Below, piece by piece: positions 26,909 to 39,113 of a stretch of 64,000 nucleotides of DNA. How positions within the stretch are numbered: position 1 is the first letter of the stretch; each line of letters begins with the position of its first letter. This stretch comes from Moniliella sp. 'wahieum' (Eukaryota). Where the stretch lies: contig RSEE01000108.1 of the NCBI GenBank assembly GCA_003971905.1, positions 124,001 to 188,000 of the forward strand. Direction: 5' to 3'. The notes below the pieces were generated by a model, which saw only the letters and a list, made by a program, of their open reading frames with translations, was not told the origin of the DNA and searched no databases. Made by a program: the position numbers and the translations under genes.

Positions 26909-27440
26909 ATGGCGGATGTTGGGTACAGCGATCTGGACTGTTGCATTTGTCTCCATCCGCCGAACCAGCTGTTTGGGCTGTTGGATTGCTGCGAGCACGT
27001 GTATGTTGGACGTGCATTCGGCTGTGGCGTGCCATGCCGCGCGACGAAGGACGCCGAGGAGAATGGGAGTGGGAAGGCGAGGGGGAGGGCAAGGGCAAGC
27101 GAGGGCGTCGGCCCAAAATGGGGATCAAGACCAAGGGGATCGGCACCGACAGTGTCCCACATGTGGACGGCATGCCAAGGCGTGATGCCATCAGATGTGT
27201 TGGTGACAGGGGCCGAGAAGCAAGCGATGGTGCGGTGGTTTTATGATTGGTTCCGTCGTCAGTGCTCGAGGTATGGCCAGTATGTCGATGACGAGGATCG
27301 TACGACGCGTATTATGACAACCGTTCCCACGCCGGAATCAGCTCCCAGGAGTGTACCCGCCCGACGACAAGATGACCGCCGTTACCAGCTTGTACCGCTC
27401 CTTTTGCCTGGACCACAAAGGCTATTACGTGTCCAAGTAA
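26909..27440 (+). CDS. Makorin-like C3HC4 RING-finger protein (putative E3 ligase), frameshifted
   Basis: Joined frames: DCCICLHPPNQLFGLLDCCEHVY/CWTCIRLWR..CPTC../VMPSDVLVTGAEKQAMV, matching the makorin RING (CxIC..FGLL..CxH..CxxCIRxWR..CPxC..PS..EK). Start and end approximate. Confidence 0.7.
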
Positions 27441-29448
27441 CACGCCCTCAGTGTCTTGCTTCTCTCTCTCTCTCGCCTTTTCTTTTCTCTCGACTTGGTT
27501 CGGTTTCGATGGTTTGGCTATGATATGCCTCACTTCTCCGATGTATTGACCCTCGCATCAGTGGGAACAATATACGTTTCTGGATGATGATCTCTTCCTC
27601 CCTTCTTATATCTTTACATGGCTAATCGAAATTTCTTGTGCACAATCTTGTGGGCCTTGCTCACCTTGAATTTTGTACGTAGTCCTCACATATCTATCCG
27701 GAACCTTGTTACCAGCGTTTTCGATTAGCTATGTAGCTCTTCCCTCCTGTCGTCAATCTGTGCCCACTGCAGACTATATGATTGGATGTTGGGGGAGGGG
27801 GGCATTGATATATTGGTAGTGCATAACTGAAGCGCGAACTTTGTACTACTAGTAGTATTACCTATAGTTTTGATCATCGTAGTGTACAACTGTGAAGGCA
27901 TCATACCTTCCCGCCCGATCGAACCGTGCATCACATTGATCTGCCTCACCTCCAGTGAGCACGGGAATCTTTACCCTATACTACAGAAGAACGTGCATGC
28001 AACATAGCGCATGGTCGAGTCATGATCCGCCTCGTCCTTCGACATCCTCTTCCCACTCTATAGGGCTAGTTGAACAGTATGCATCCTCTTCTTACGGTTG
28101 AGAGGTCTCGTTTTTTGTTGTTAGAAATACGGCTCGTCCCTCTGATACTGACCGACAGATGAACTTCATTAGCTGAGTCCAGAGAGCTGATGCCTGCGAG
28201 CATTGCCATTTACTCTGCGCTCATTGCTACTGGCGAAGGCTGTGGCGCCACACTGGTGTAGTGACGCCCCGGTAGCCCAAGCCCGACGGATCCTTCCGTG
28301 CATTCCATCCAACATTCCTTCCTGACGACAGGAATATTGAACAGCCTGCTCTCCAGAATACAGTGGTCTTCTACAAAGGCCTGCTGTGCTGCAATGATGC
28401 CTGAGGCCTGATGCATCTTCAATATATCTTCAATGGTTCCGGTCGTGTGTGCATGTGTCGATAATCGATAATCGATAATCGATAATCGTTGGAAAGTGTG
28501 AGATCTGATATCGGAAACAAGAGGGATTCCCTCAAGTAGTACATACGTACTACTTTCCCCACGGGGGTAGCCCAGCGGCACCTCAAGCTGAGGCCCAGCG
28601 CCCAGGCCACCCAGCGGTGGTCGGAAGAGCGACGCCAGGATCAACATCTCGCATGCCCAGGTGTGCTAAGCGCTAATAGCCGCTCACCAGCACCCGACTC
28701 ATCCATCCCAGCCAGACCCTCCAGCTGCGCCCATTCGCACCGGTGACGTCAGCTGCCACCTGCCACGCGCCTCCGCGCGCCAGCCCTCGGCTTGCCAACA
28801 CCACGTGGTCGAGACGACTGGATGACTCGATGCCTAGTCGATGACTGGTCTGACTCCGCCACGTCCCAGGTCCCTCCAAGCCCCAAGAACCCTCCCCCAC
28901 ATATACATACCTGCTCCCACATACAACCCGTCTATCGGACGCTCCACACTCGCTTTTTTCGGCGGTAGATTGTTCGGATTCGCAAGGGCCGCATCAGCGC
29001 CTAAGCGGAGGCTGGTGCTGAGCGCTGAGTACTCGGCGCACGCACTCGGTCATTATCTCACCCACCCGCACGCATGCCATCTGTTGATACCCCGCGGGGA
29101 AACCGCCGTTGAAGCTTTTGGAAGCCCCAGCAGAAAAAGTGCGGGGCGCCGGGGCAGTGTAAGCGCCCCAGCCCCCGCGGGAACAAGACATCGGACATTG
29201 GAGGTCGGGCGTCGGAGTGCAGCCGCCCGGCGCCTCAGCTGCTCGCATCGCCCCACATCACATGTCACGTGTCACACCCGCGCGCATGGCACCAGTGCCT
29301 CCATTCGATAAGATTCCAGCAGCACGCGTCTCTGGCTTATATTGTTGGACTGCTGTGCTGATATTATCCACACCTTGGCCTGCGTCGGCGGTACAAAGTG
29401 CTGTCTCTGCTCGCATCCTCCCCCCGGTCCTCCCCCCCCCCACCGCGC

Positions 29449-32070
29449 ATGCCCCCCCCCGCCGTGCCCGACGCGGCGCACGCGTTCCCCTGCCTCACGT
29501 GCGGCAAGCGCTTTGCCCGCGAAGACCTTCTCCGCCGCCACGTCGTCCGCGAGAAGCGCTCGGCCGCCATCCCGCGCCTGCCTCGCCAAAAGTCCTGCAT
29601 CGAGTGCGCGCGCACCAAGAGCAGGTGCGACCTCAACTTCCCCTGTGGCCGCTGCTGCAAGAAGGACCGACACTGTGTGCGCACTGAGCTCCTCCCCCCT
29701 TCCTCTCCCCTCTGGTCGCCATCGCCGCCCCCATCATCGCGCCGTGCCTTTCCCCCCTCCTGACTTCTGAATTCCCTGGCCAACTGACCCCCCCTCTCGT
29801 GTGTGCCCTGGCAGGAGTATGCGGCCAACTCGGCGGGAGAGATGCGCGCCCGCGCGCCATTACCGCCGCCATGGCGCTCCAGCTGGATCCCCTGTTTGCA
29901 CCGCCGCGCCATCGTGGCAGCCAGGAGGAGAGCGACGACAACAGCTCCTCCTCGTCTCTGCCGGCGCCCCCTCGTCTCCGCCGCCGGGCGGGACGACGGA
30001 GAAGATGCCGGCCGGTCTTCCCTGGCCCGACGTCTCTTCTTCCCTCGCCCCCCTTTCGCCCCCGCCTGCGCCCGTCTTTGCGCCGTGCCCCATCGCACGC
30101 CCCCCGCCGCACCCAAGGAAACTCCTCCCGCCTGGCTGCTCGACGACCCGGCCGCCCTACCTTGGTGCGGCCCAGCCGCTGCCCCTGCTCCCCGACAGCC
30201 GCGGCTCCCTGAGCCTCGCCTGCACCTCCGCCGCCCGCCTGGAACCCGTGCCGCTGCCGCCCATCCGCACGCCCTCCCCCGCCGAGTCTCTCGCCCCGTG
30301 GGGCGCGCTCCCCAACGCCTTCCCCCCGCCGCCCCATCCACCTCCATCGCCCCAATGCGTCCGCAGTTGGCTCCCATTCTCACCCCGCCCCCACCTCCTC
30401 CCCCGGGCGCATCGGACCGCTGTCCGAGCGCGGCCTTTCGGCATTACATGTACCCTCCGCATTGTTCAAAGAGACGTGGCTCGCGGAGCCTGTCCTGCCT
30501 TCGCCTAGCCAGCGGTACGGGCCCTTTTCAGCCGTGCGCGACGCGCTCGGCGCCTCCTTCACCTTCCCTTCCTTTCCCTCGGCGCTGGATCCCTCGTCCA
30601 ACACCGCTCCCGAGCTGGGCAACTTGGAGGTAGGACCACCTTTTGGATCTACCCCCATCGATTTCACCCTCCCTCCTGCCACGCAGCAGACCCAACTGGG
30701 CCCCGTTACGGTTCACGCTACTGTCAGCTCGCTTGCCCCGACCCCGACCCTAGCGGCAGCAACCGAAACCACAGCCGTCGCTCCGGCGCCGCCGTCGCCT
30801 CGGCCCAGCGACGACGCCCAGGCGCACACAGCCAGTGTCGCACGACAAATCTGGCAGTACGGGCTGGGTGGGTCAGGGGAGATGGCAATGACGCTTGCGC
30901 GTGCAGCGGCTTCGCAACTAGTGACGTACCCTACGCTCATGGTCCTTCCCGACCCCACCTCGCCCGTGCCACCGTTCGTGTTCCGGCCCTGGCTCAGGCG
31001 CGTGCAGCGCGACTTGCCGGAAAGCTTGGCTATTGCACGTACCGTGCTGGCTGGGTACCTGGTCCGCTTGCCCTCTAGCCTGGCTACCGTCTGGACCAAC
31101 GTGGCGCGCCAATTGCGCCATCTTATTCAGCGTACTCCGTACCTGGCTGCCGGGGACAACCTCGGATTGTTTGCTGCCACCGCTGCGCTCTGGCTCTACC
31201 TCGTTCTCGCCCTCTTGACTGATGACGCAGCGGCAGAAGAGGCGATTGACCACCAGACCATCAACGCAGGCCTCTTGTCCCTCTCCACGCTGGCACGTAG
31301 CTTGAGCCTTCGCGTGCGCCAGTACGATGCCCAGGTGCGCTCCCGCCCAACCGCGGAGAACACGGACACGAGCATGAACACGAACATGAACACGAACATG
31401 AACGGCACGAGCAGGAGCAAGGGCATGGACATGGACATGGACTTTGCCACCTGGGGCTACTCGAGTCGATGCGGCGCACCCTATTTGCCGCCTACGCCCT
31501 TCTCGTCCTGCAGCGTCTGCGGTACGACGGGCAGGAGATGCAGCGCGGCTTGGCGGGCCCGAGCTGGTGCTCGACGTGGCCCTCCCCGCAGGGGAGGAAG
31601 TGTTTAGTGTGACGAGCAAGGCAGAGTGGGTCGCAGCGCGTTCCCGCGCCCACGCGAGACTCGCACCGGCTTTGCGCCGCCTCGTTGCAGCGCCAGATCA
31701 ACTGGAATCGGCAACGGACACGGACACGGGAAAGGAACCGCAAACGCAACCGCAACCGCAACCGCAACCGCAACCGCAACCGCAACCGCAACCGCAACCG
31801 CAACCGCAACCGCAGCCGCAACCGCAACCGCAACTGCAACCGGGAAATAAGGACAAGGAGGGGAACCACCTAGCCCCGCCAGACCAGGTCGAGTGGCCCA
31901 CGCTTCGCCACCTCGTTCACGCCCGCGCCCAGTTGGATTCGCATTCGCATTCGGATCCTCATTCGCAGGTGGCGCCGTGGCACGAGTGGTTTGGTCACGC
32001 CGACGAGTTTACCAATGTGGTGCTGGCCGTCTCGCTGGGCTTGGATGGGCGCGAGGTGGGCATGCCTTGA
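29449..32070 (+). CDS. Fungal transcription factor with C2H2-like finger and Zn(II)2Cys6 cluster
   Basis: FPCLTCGKRFAREDLLRRH followed by SCIECARTKSRCDLNFPCGRCCKKDRHC; probable intron ~29677-29814; C-terminal region ..ESMRRTLF-like..LPAGEEVF..ADEFTNVV; frameshifts. Confidence 0.85.
31741..31842 (+). repeat. (CAACCG)n coding microsatellite, poly-(Gln-Pro) tract in the transcription factor
   Basis: About 16 tandem hexamers, in frame as QPQPQP. Confidence 0.9.
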
Positions 32071-33357
32071 CCCCGACCTCGGACCCCGGGCCCCGGGCGC
32101 CCATCGTTCTTCTTTGGTTGACGTCTTGCGGGGGCGGCTGGCAGTACTCAGTACACTCAGTACACTCAGTACTCAGTCGCCCTGTCACGTCACGCGTCAC
32201 CTGGCATATGTGCATGTCCTGTTGTAGTCTCGTATCGTTTCTGTACACAGTAACACCCCAATTAAAAGCTCAAGGCGATGCATCGGTCTTGGGTCTCCCC
32301 TTAGCTGCTTGTTGGTTTGTCCGCCTGTCCCATCGATCCTCCCTCTCTGTCGGCTTTGCAACGGACGTTCTCTCTCTTTTGCGAAAGGAGGTAGGTGGCC
32401 ACGTTCAGGTGGGCGGGGCTGGGGCTGGGAATGCGATGGTCACGGGCACGCTAAAGTATAGTATGGGAACGAAGAAAGGAGGAAGTGTGATGCGTCAGAA
32501 TTGATGCAGTGAGAGTCGAAGGAACAGGGGGGGGGGGATCTGGAACTGAGGGGAGAGGATGATGCATGTGGCTATCTACAAAGCAGTGAGAGAGGTATAC
32601 TTGTGCGATATACTACTATGCAGGGCAGGACTTCCTTCCTTCCTTGCCTACTGTCCCAAGAACAGCTATTTTGCGTCCACCTCGCACCGACGTCCCCTGA
32701 CTAACCCCTCCGCCCACCTCCTCCCCTCTTGAAGCTCGACGAGCATGACGGCGCCTGACAACCAACCCATCGTCTTGCGCTCTTCGTCCGACGCTGATCC
32801 ATTCCCGTCATGCTCCCCCGGGGAGCAACACATACGTACACTTCCGTGCCTGCTCACATCCCGGTTGCGTAGCACCACAGCGCGCACCCACGCCAACACA
32901 GCAGAACCCCCGTCGAGCGATCGGTGCGAGCAGCGGCGAGACCTGAGGTCCCTGGGCCGCGTCTCCTCCGACATCGACACCGACGTCCGGGGGCAAGCAG
33001 ACCGAGCCGTCGCGGCGCGATGAACGGTAGGGCGCTCCTTCGTATCTTCCCTTCCCTCGCCCATTGAAAGCACGTTGCGTCTCCCGTCTGAAGCAGGTGG
33101 AAACCAACAGGTGGGCGTGGCATAGGCATGGGCGAAGTGAGCTTGAACCAGACACGTCCGTCTTCCCCCGAGACAAGAGGAGGTGGACGTGCGGGTCTCG
33201 TTGGCGGGGGAGGCGAACATAAAAGTAGTCCTCCCCCCGGAGGGGGCCGGAGTGAGGGCGTGGTCGACAGGGCTGGTTGGTGCTGGCAACCTGGTGGGGC
33301 GAAATGGGGTGTGGGGTGCAGTGGCGGAGACCAAGGCCTTCAAGAACCCGGAGGGGG

Positions 33358-34680
33358 TCACCGTTCAGCCCCAGAACTCGGATCCGGATTGTCGGGGGAA
33401 GGGAGGAGGAGGAGGTGCTGGTGGGCGCGAGGGCTGGTGGGGGGAAGGTGGTTCCTGGCCATGGTGCACCGCCATCTTTGCAGGGCCTTGAGGATGCCAT
33501 CGATATGGTGGCTTTCGGAACTGGTGCGAGCACTGGAGGTAGGGGCAAGGGAGGTGGAAGGGGAAGGGGAAGAGGAAGAGGACAAAGATGAAGACGAGGG
33601 GGGCGTCGTGCCATGTTCTTTGCGGTACGCACTGAGCGACTTGAGGTAGCCAACCACTTCCATCACTGTCACTCTGTCGCGCAGGCGCTGTTTCAGACCA
33701 TGTCGTTGCATGGCCGGGGTGAGCGAAACGCCGCGATCCACCTCGGTGTGCTCGGCGTCGGCGTCGGCATCGGCATCGGCATCGTCGTCGGGCAGGTCGC
33801 GGAGCCAAGGGTGCTGCAACGCTTCGCGCGCCGTCATGCGCTCCGACGCCGAGGTGAGGCAGTGACGAATAAAGTCTTTGGCCACGTCGCTGACGCCGTG
33901 CCAATACTGCGGCTCAAACACCACGTGCATCTTCATAATCGACCGAAACAAGTCGGTTTGCGTTGCGCCAGAAAAGGGCGCGTAGCCGGCCAGGAGGCAG
34001 TACGTCACCACCCCGGCCGACCAGACGTCCGTCTCAAACCCATACCCGCCCCGCTTGCCCATCAGCACCTCGGGCGAGACGTACTGGGGCGAGCCACAGG
34101 CCGCGGTGAGGATCGCATCGTGCGGCAGCATGGTCGACAGCCCAAAGTCGCTGATGACCAAGTTGGGCGGCCCGGTGGCCGATCGGAGCAGCAGGTTTTC
34201 CGGCTTAATGTCGCGGTGCACAATGCCCATGTGATGGAGGTAGGCCAGGCCCTGGAACAGCTGGCGCACGAGCAACCGCGCATCCAGCTCCGTGTAGTGC
34301 ACCTTGGCCACAATGCTGTCAAACAGCTCCCCGCCGCTGCAGTAGTCCATCACCATAAACACGCCTTCGCGCGTCTGGTACAGGTCGTAGAGCTGGACCA
34401 CGTGTGGGTGGTGCACGCGCTGCAGGATCCGCGTCTCCTCGCGCAGCAGCGCCTCGTCGCTCGTCTTGAGCGGCTTCTTGGCGACGATCTTCAGCGCCCG
34501 CTCTTGCCCCGACGCACGGTGCACCACCAGCTTGACCACGGCAAACGTGCCATGGCCCAGCACGCGGTCCTGCACGTCGTACGCGCGCACCAGCTCCGGC
34601 GGCAAGAGCGGACTGCCGTCGCGCTCGGTGTGGTGGAACCAGGAATGGAACGCACGCGACACAGAGTGGGTGTGGGGCAT
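33358..34680 (-). CDS. Ca2+/calmodulin-dependent protein kinase (Cmk1/CaMKI-like); C-terminus uncertain
   Basis: Complete kinase domain: LGHGTFAVV, ALK, HRDIKPENLL, ISDFGLS, ACGSPQYVSPE, DVWSAGV, ALQHPWL, followed by a basic amphipathic helix (LKQRLRDRVTVMEVVGYLK). Confidence 0.88.
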   Translation of the reverse strand: MPHTHSVSRAFHSWFHHTERDGSPLLPPELVRAYDVQDRVLGHGTFAVVKLVVHRASGQERALKIVAKKPLKTSDEALLREETRILQRVHHPHVVQLYDLYQTREGVFMVMDYCSGGELFDSIVAKVHYTELDARLLVRQLFQGLAYLHHMGIVHRDIKPENLLLRSATGPPNLVISDFGLSTMLPHDAILTAACGSPQYVSPEVLMGKRGGYGFETDVWSAGVVTYCLLAGYAPFSGATQTDLFRSIMKMHVVFEPQYWHGVSDVAKDFIRHCLTSASERMTAREALQHPWLRDLPDDDADADADADAEHTEVDRGVSLTPAMQRHGLKQRLRDRVTVMEVVGYLKSLSAYRKEHGTTPPSSSSLSSSSSPSPSTSLAPTSSARTSSESHHIDGILKALQRWRCTMARNHLPPTSPRAHQHLLLLPSPDNPDPSSGAER

Positions 34681-35010
34681 GGCGGCGCAGCCGGGGAGGG
34701 GGAGAGATGGGGGGAGGGGGAAGAAGAGGGGAGATGGAGGTGGAAGACGCAGACCCAGACGGAGAAGATGGAGGATGGGCGAGGTTTGAGTACCTGTGCC
34801 TGTCTGGCGGCCCGCCAAGCCCCGAGGGGGATTAACCGGTAGGGTGGACAGCGAAGCGCACTGGGCCAGTGTGTCCCCGGCGGAAGAACCCACCCGACCA
34901 GCACAGCCACCCAGCCCCCCCCCAGCACGTGACGCGGGCACCTATCTCCAGATCATTCCGTCCTCTCACCTCGAATATCTTTGTGGGGTATCTCGCTTTA
35001 GCCCATCACA

Positions 35011-35091
35011 GGCCTCTTGGCGCAGCGGTAGCGCGTGAGATTCCAGCGACGGGACTCCTCAAGGTCATCCGTTCAAATCGGGTAGGGGTCA
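35011..35091 (+). tRNA. tRNA-Trp(CCA) with ~9-nt intron, copy 1
   Basis: GGCCTCT/AGGGGTC acceptor, GCGC D-stem, TGAGA-TTCCAG[intron]T-CCTCA, ATCCG-TTCAAAT-CGGGT, then a TTTTTT Pol III terminator. Confidence 0.9.
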
Positions 35092-35329
35092 TTTTTTGTT
35101 TTGTTTGGCTCTGGTGCTGACGGAAAGAACAAGAGGTACCTTGTTGGTGTAGCGACACTGGCTCTCAACAGCTTGCTCGCACCGGACTTGCACCAAAACA
35201 TTGGGCCCCATATTATGACGGACGACATCCATTCATGGAAACAAATAACACCCGGTCCTCGAGAATGGTCAGGGAAGAGGCCACCTTGTTTGTACTGTAG
35301 GGCGGCACATGGGTTGCGCCAAAAGCGCA

Positions 35330-35410
35330 TGACCCCTACCCGATTTGAACGGATGACCTTGAGGAGTCCCATCGCTGGAATCTCACGCGCTACCGCTGCG
35401 CCAAGAGGCC
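35330..35410 (-). tRNA. tRNA-Trp(CCA) with ~9-nt intron, copy 2 (inverted, convergent)
   Basis: Reverse complement of copy 1 except one C/T difference in the intron. Confidence 0.9.
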
Positions 35411-35858
35411 TTTGTTGGCGGCGGTCAATTCCTTCGAGTACACCAACAAAGTAGTGGATTTTGGTTGTATTCTGTTTTGCATGTCTACCAGTTGTGCAGG
35501 GCTTTGCTTGGTGCATCGTGGCTACCCACCGATTGGGATGCCGTCGCCAGAGCTGGGTAATGCTGGAGTTCTGGGCCCCCACTCGCATGGACGCTTGCTG
35601 GGTGGCAGTAGGCGGCCACTGGAGGCGACTTGCGTGGAAGCTTGAGGCTGGACTCGTGGACTCGGCATGCGCAGGCAAAAGAGAGTGTGCTTACGGCATG
35701 CCGGCCGTGTGCTTACGTCAGGCGGCAAGGCGCAGGGTGCGCTGAGCTGCCGCGGGGTGATGCATGGTGATGCATGACGAGTCGGCCGCCTGGCTACTGC
35801 GCACACTGGGCGGCCGCCGTCACATCTGCCCCACCACCCCCGATCCGCCAACTTCGCC

Positions 35859-36625
<767 letters not shown>

Positions 36626-36932
36626 ACGTTTTCTGTTCTCCTATTTTTTTGTCGCGAATGGATCCGTGCTTGCATTGGACAGTATACTTGGCGTGGGAAT
36701 CCCTTCTGCCTCCTCAGAGGATTGGTCCTTGCTCCCACAGCGACAGGGATTTGGATTCGTCGCGCCTGGCCGCCCGGCACTGAGTCGGCGGTGATTCAAT
36801 TGTGACTGGCCACTGACGAAGGCATCTCAGTCATCGTTGTGTTGATCTGGATAGTTGGTCCGGGTATGGGGCACGTGTCAACTGCTGGGCCGATCGAACT
36901 GAGGTGGTCAACTGGTGTAGGTGGACAAAAAA

Positions 36933-37034
36933 TGACGAGAGTGGGATTCGAACCCACGCCCCGGAGGACTGCGGTTAGGGGCCCTATACAGGAACACCTT
37001 AACACAGCGCGTTAGACCACTTCGCTATCTCGCT
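36933..37034 (-). tRNA. tRNA-Leu(AAG) with ~22-nt intron
   Basis: CTGTG-TTAAGG[intron]C-CGCAG anticodon arm, long variable arm, GTGGG-TTCGAAT-CCCAC, TTTTTT terminator. First acceptor pair mismatched, probably a dropped G. Confidence 0.88.
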
Positions 37035-39010
37035 GCTTCTTGAAATCCATTAAGGTTGAACACTAATAGGCCCTGTCTCGCAATATGGTATGGCCAAAAA
37101 AGAAAGATCTTAACATCCATCCTTATTTTTGGGTACATGTCATTCTTCCTACAAACTGCCTTGTCTAGCAATCGAGGAAACTTTTCTTAAAGCAGCAGAC
37201 GCCTCTTTGTGTACCATCTTGCAGACCGCACCTCTGACGTGCATTTCCCTCGAGACAGGTGTTGTCCCAACCTCCCTCCCGAATCAATCGTTCTTCGTTC
37301 CAAGTCCCATTCACCAAGTATACTACACCCACAGTTCGTGTGAGCTTCAAGCTCCTCCCTACGTGCCTCCTCTGTTCCTCCTCGTCATCTTCCACGATCA
37401 CAGTCCATTCAACACGTCACAGTCCTGCGACTGGGTATTAGGTTGTGGTGTCCACACACTTGATGTATTGATGCCTTGATGCCTTCATGGCAAACCAGGA
37501 AATACAAAGTATATTGGTGAGGAGCCGGCCGACGGATGTACGATAGTCTGCGGTTACTAAATGGGGTGTACAACAACAGCCGAACACGTTCCGGCTTTCA
37601 TGATAACGAAGCGATTGATGACGGGGGTGAGCGAGGGCCGCTGTGGGAGGACGACGGAGGAATGCACCCAGCTTCCGCAATTCACGTTTCCAACAACGGG
37701 TCAAAGCGCAACGCGGAGAGAAAAGACTGGGCGTGGCAGACATGCATGCGCGCAGCGTCTTCGGACGAAGAACCATTTCCCATCGGCTCACTTTGTGTCT
37801 TCCCCTCCACGGGTGTCATCATCTTTTCCTGGCAATCTTTATTGCCGGCGTAGTACCCTCCCATGTCGTCGTCCCAGCAGGGAAGAACGGGGCTTTAGTC
37901 CGTCCCAGGTACTCGTGGCGGACTTGTCGCCAGACACTTGCTCCAGCAGCCCTGCGTGTGCTTGGGTTCCATCATCGAGAGATTGTGTGGACCAAAAAAG
38001 ATGATGTCGGACGGTGGCTGAGCCTCAGCAATCAGGCTGGTTGCTCATTGCTGAAATGGAGGGGCCCAAGTGCACAATCGCATACGTTTGCAATGTTGAA
38101 ACCACCCCGGCCCGAAAGACGTGCGCAGAACAGCTGGGCACGTAATGCGTTTACCCCCACCCTCTCTGTCTATCTCCCAGACACGCCTGGTCGTAGGTCT
38201 TCAGTTGCCGCTGGGTGCGCACACGCGCAAGGTGGCGGCGATAAGAAAGGAGGCCAAAGCGAGCACGTATAAACCGACTAGGTACCTCACCCGTCGTCCA
38301 GCATCCGGTCCCCTCCGCATCGCGTATTCTGCGTAGTTACTAATGGAGAAAGCCGGCTTTCTCTTGTTGGCGTAGAGTGCATATGTGTTGTCCTCTCCGT
38401 CCGTACGACAGGCACCCCCACAAAACACTCAACTCTGCCGTTCACACTCTTCCAATGGGAACATCCTGCATCAGGTTCCCATAGCGTAGGACACTCTTTC
38501 GGACCTGAATCCCCGGAGTAGGCCGCGAGCAATCTCAAGGGCTTTTCCGGTGTACCGTGCACCGTGTAAAAGCAATAGCAACAGTATACGGAGGCTGGTC
38601 TGGTACAGCCTATTCACACTGAGCTGTTGCGATGCGGCTTGGCTTGGCTCAGTGTACATGCGGATACCTCGCTGCGCACGGCTTCTTAGCACGTCAGCGT
38701 TACCTTTCCTCTTATTATACTCGGCCTGCAGCTTGCCCGCACCATTACGTGGCGTGGGTCCATGCACAGCAGAACATAACGGACCTACCATGAAAGCCAT
38801 CTGTGCAGCATCGATCTGACGGCGAAAGATTAATCCATCAGTGCGAACAAAATGATCAATCGCTACAACCGCCTTCCCCGGAACTGTCCCACGAATCCTC
38901 TGCAAGTTAGCTATCTCCGAGACTATAGGCACCAAGAGCCCCTGTCCGGGTCCATCTCAAGGGCGCCATAGTGAAAGCCATGGACGAGAGCAAGGGAGAA
39001 TGTTGAGTAG

Positions 39011-39018
39011 TATATAAA
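39011..39018 (+). promoter_or_regulatory. TATA box upstream of the TauD gene
   Basis: TATATAAA about 100 nt before ATG 39114, followed by a pyrimidine-rich leader. Confidence 0.55.
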
Positions 39019-39113
39019 GACGACAGGTAGAAGAAGCACACATCCCTTTTCATCACCTCCTTACCCCGCTCCGCTTATCCAGTTTCACCTCCTACACCTC
39101 CAGCATTTGCATC

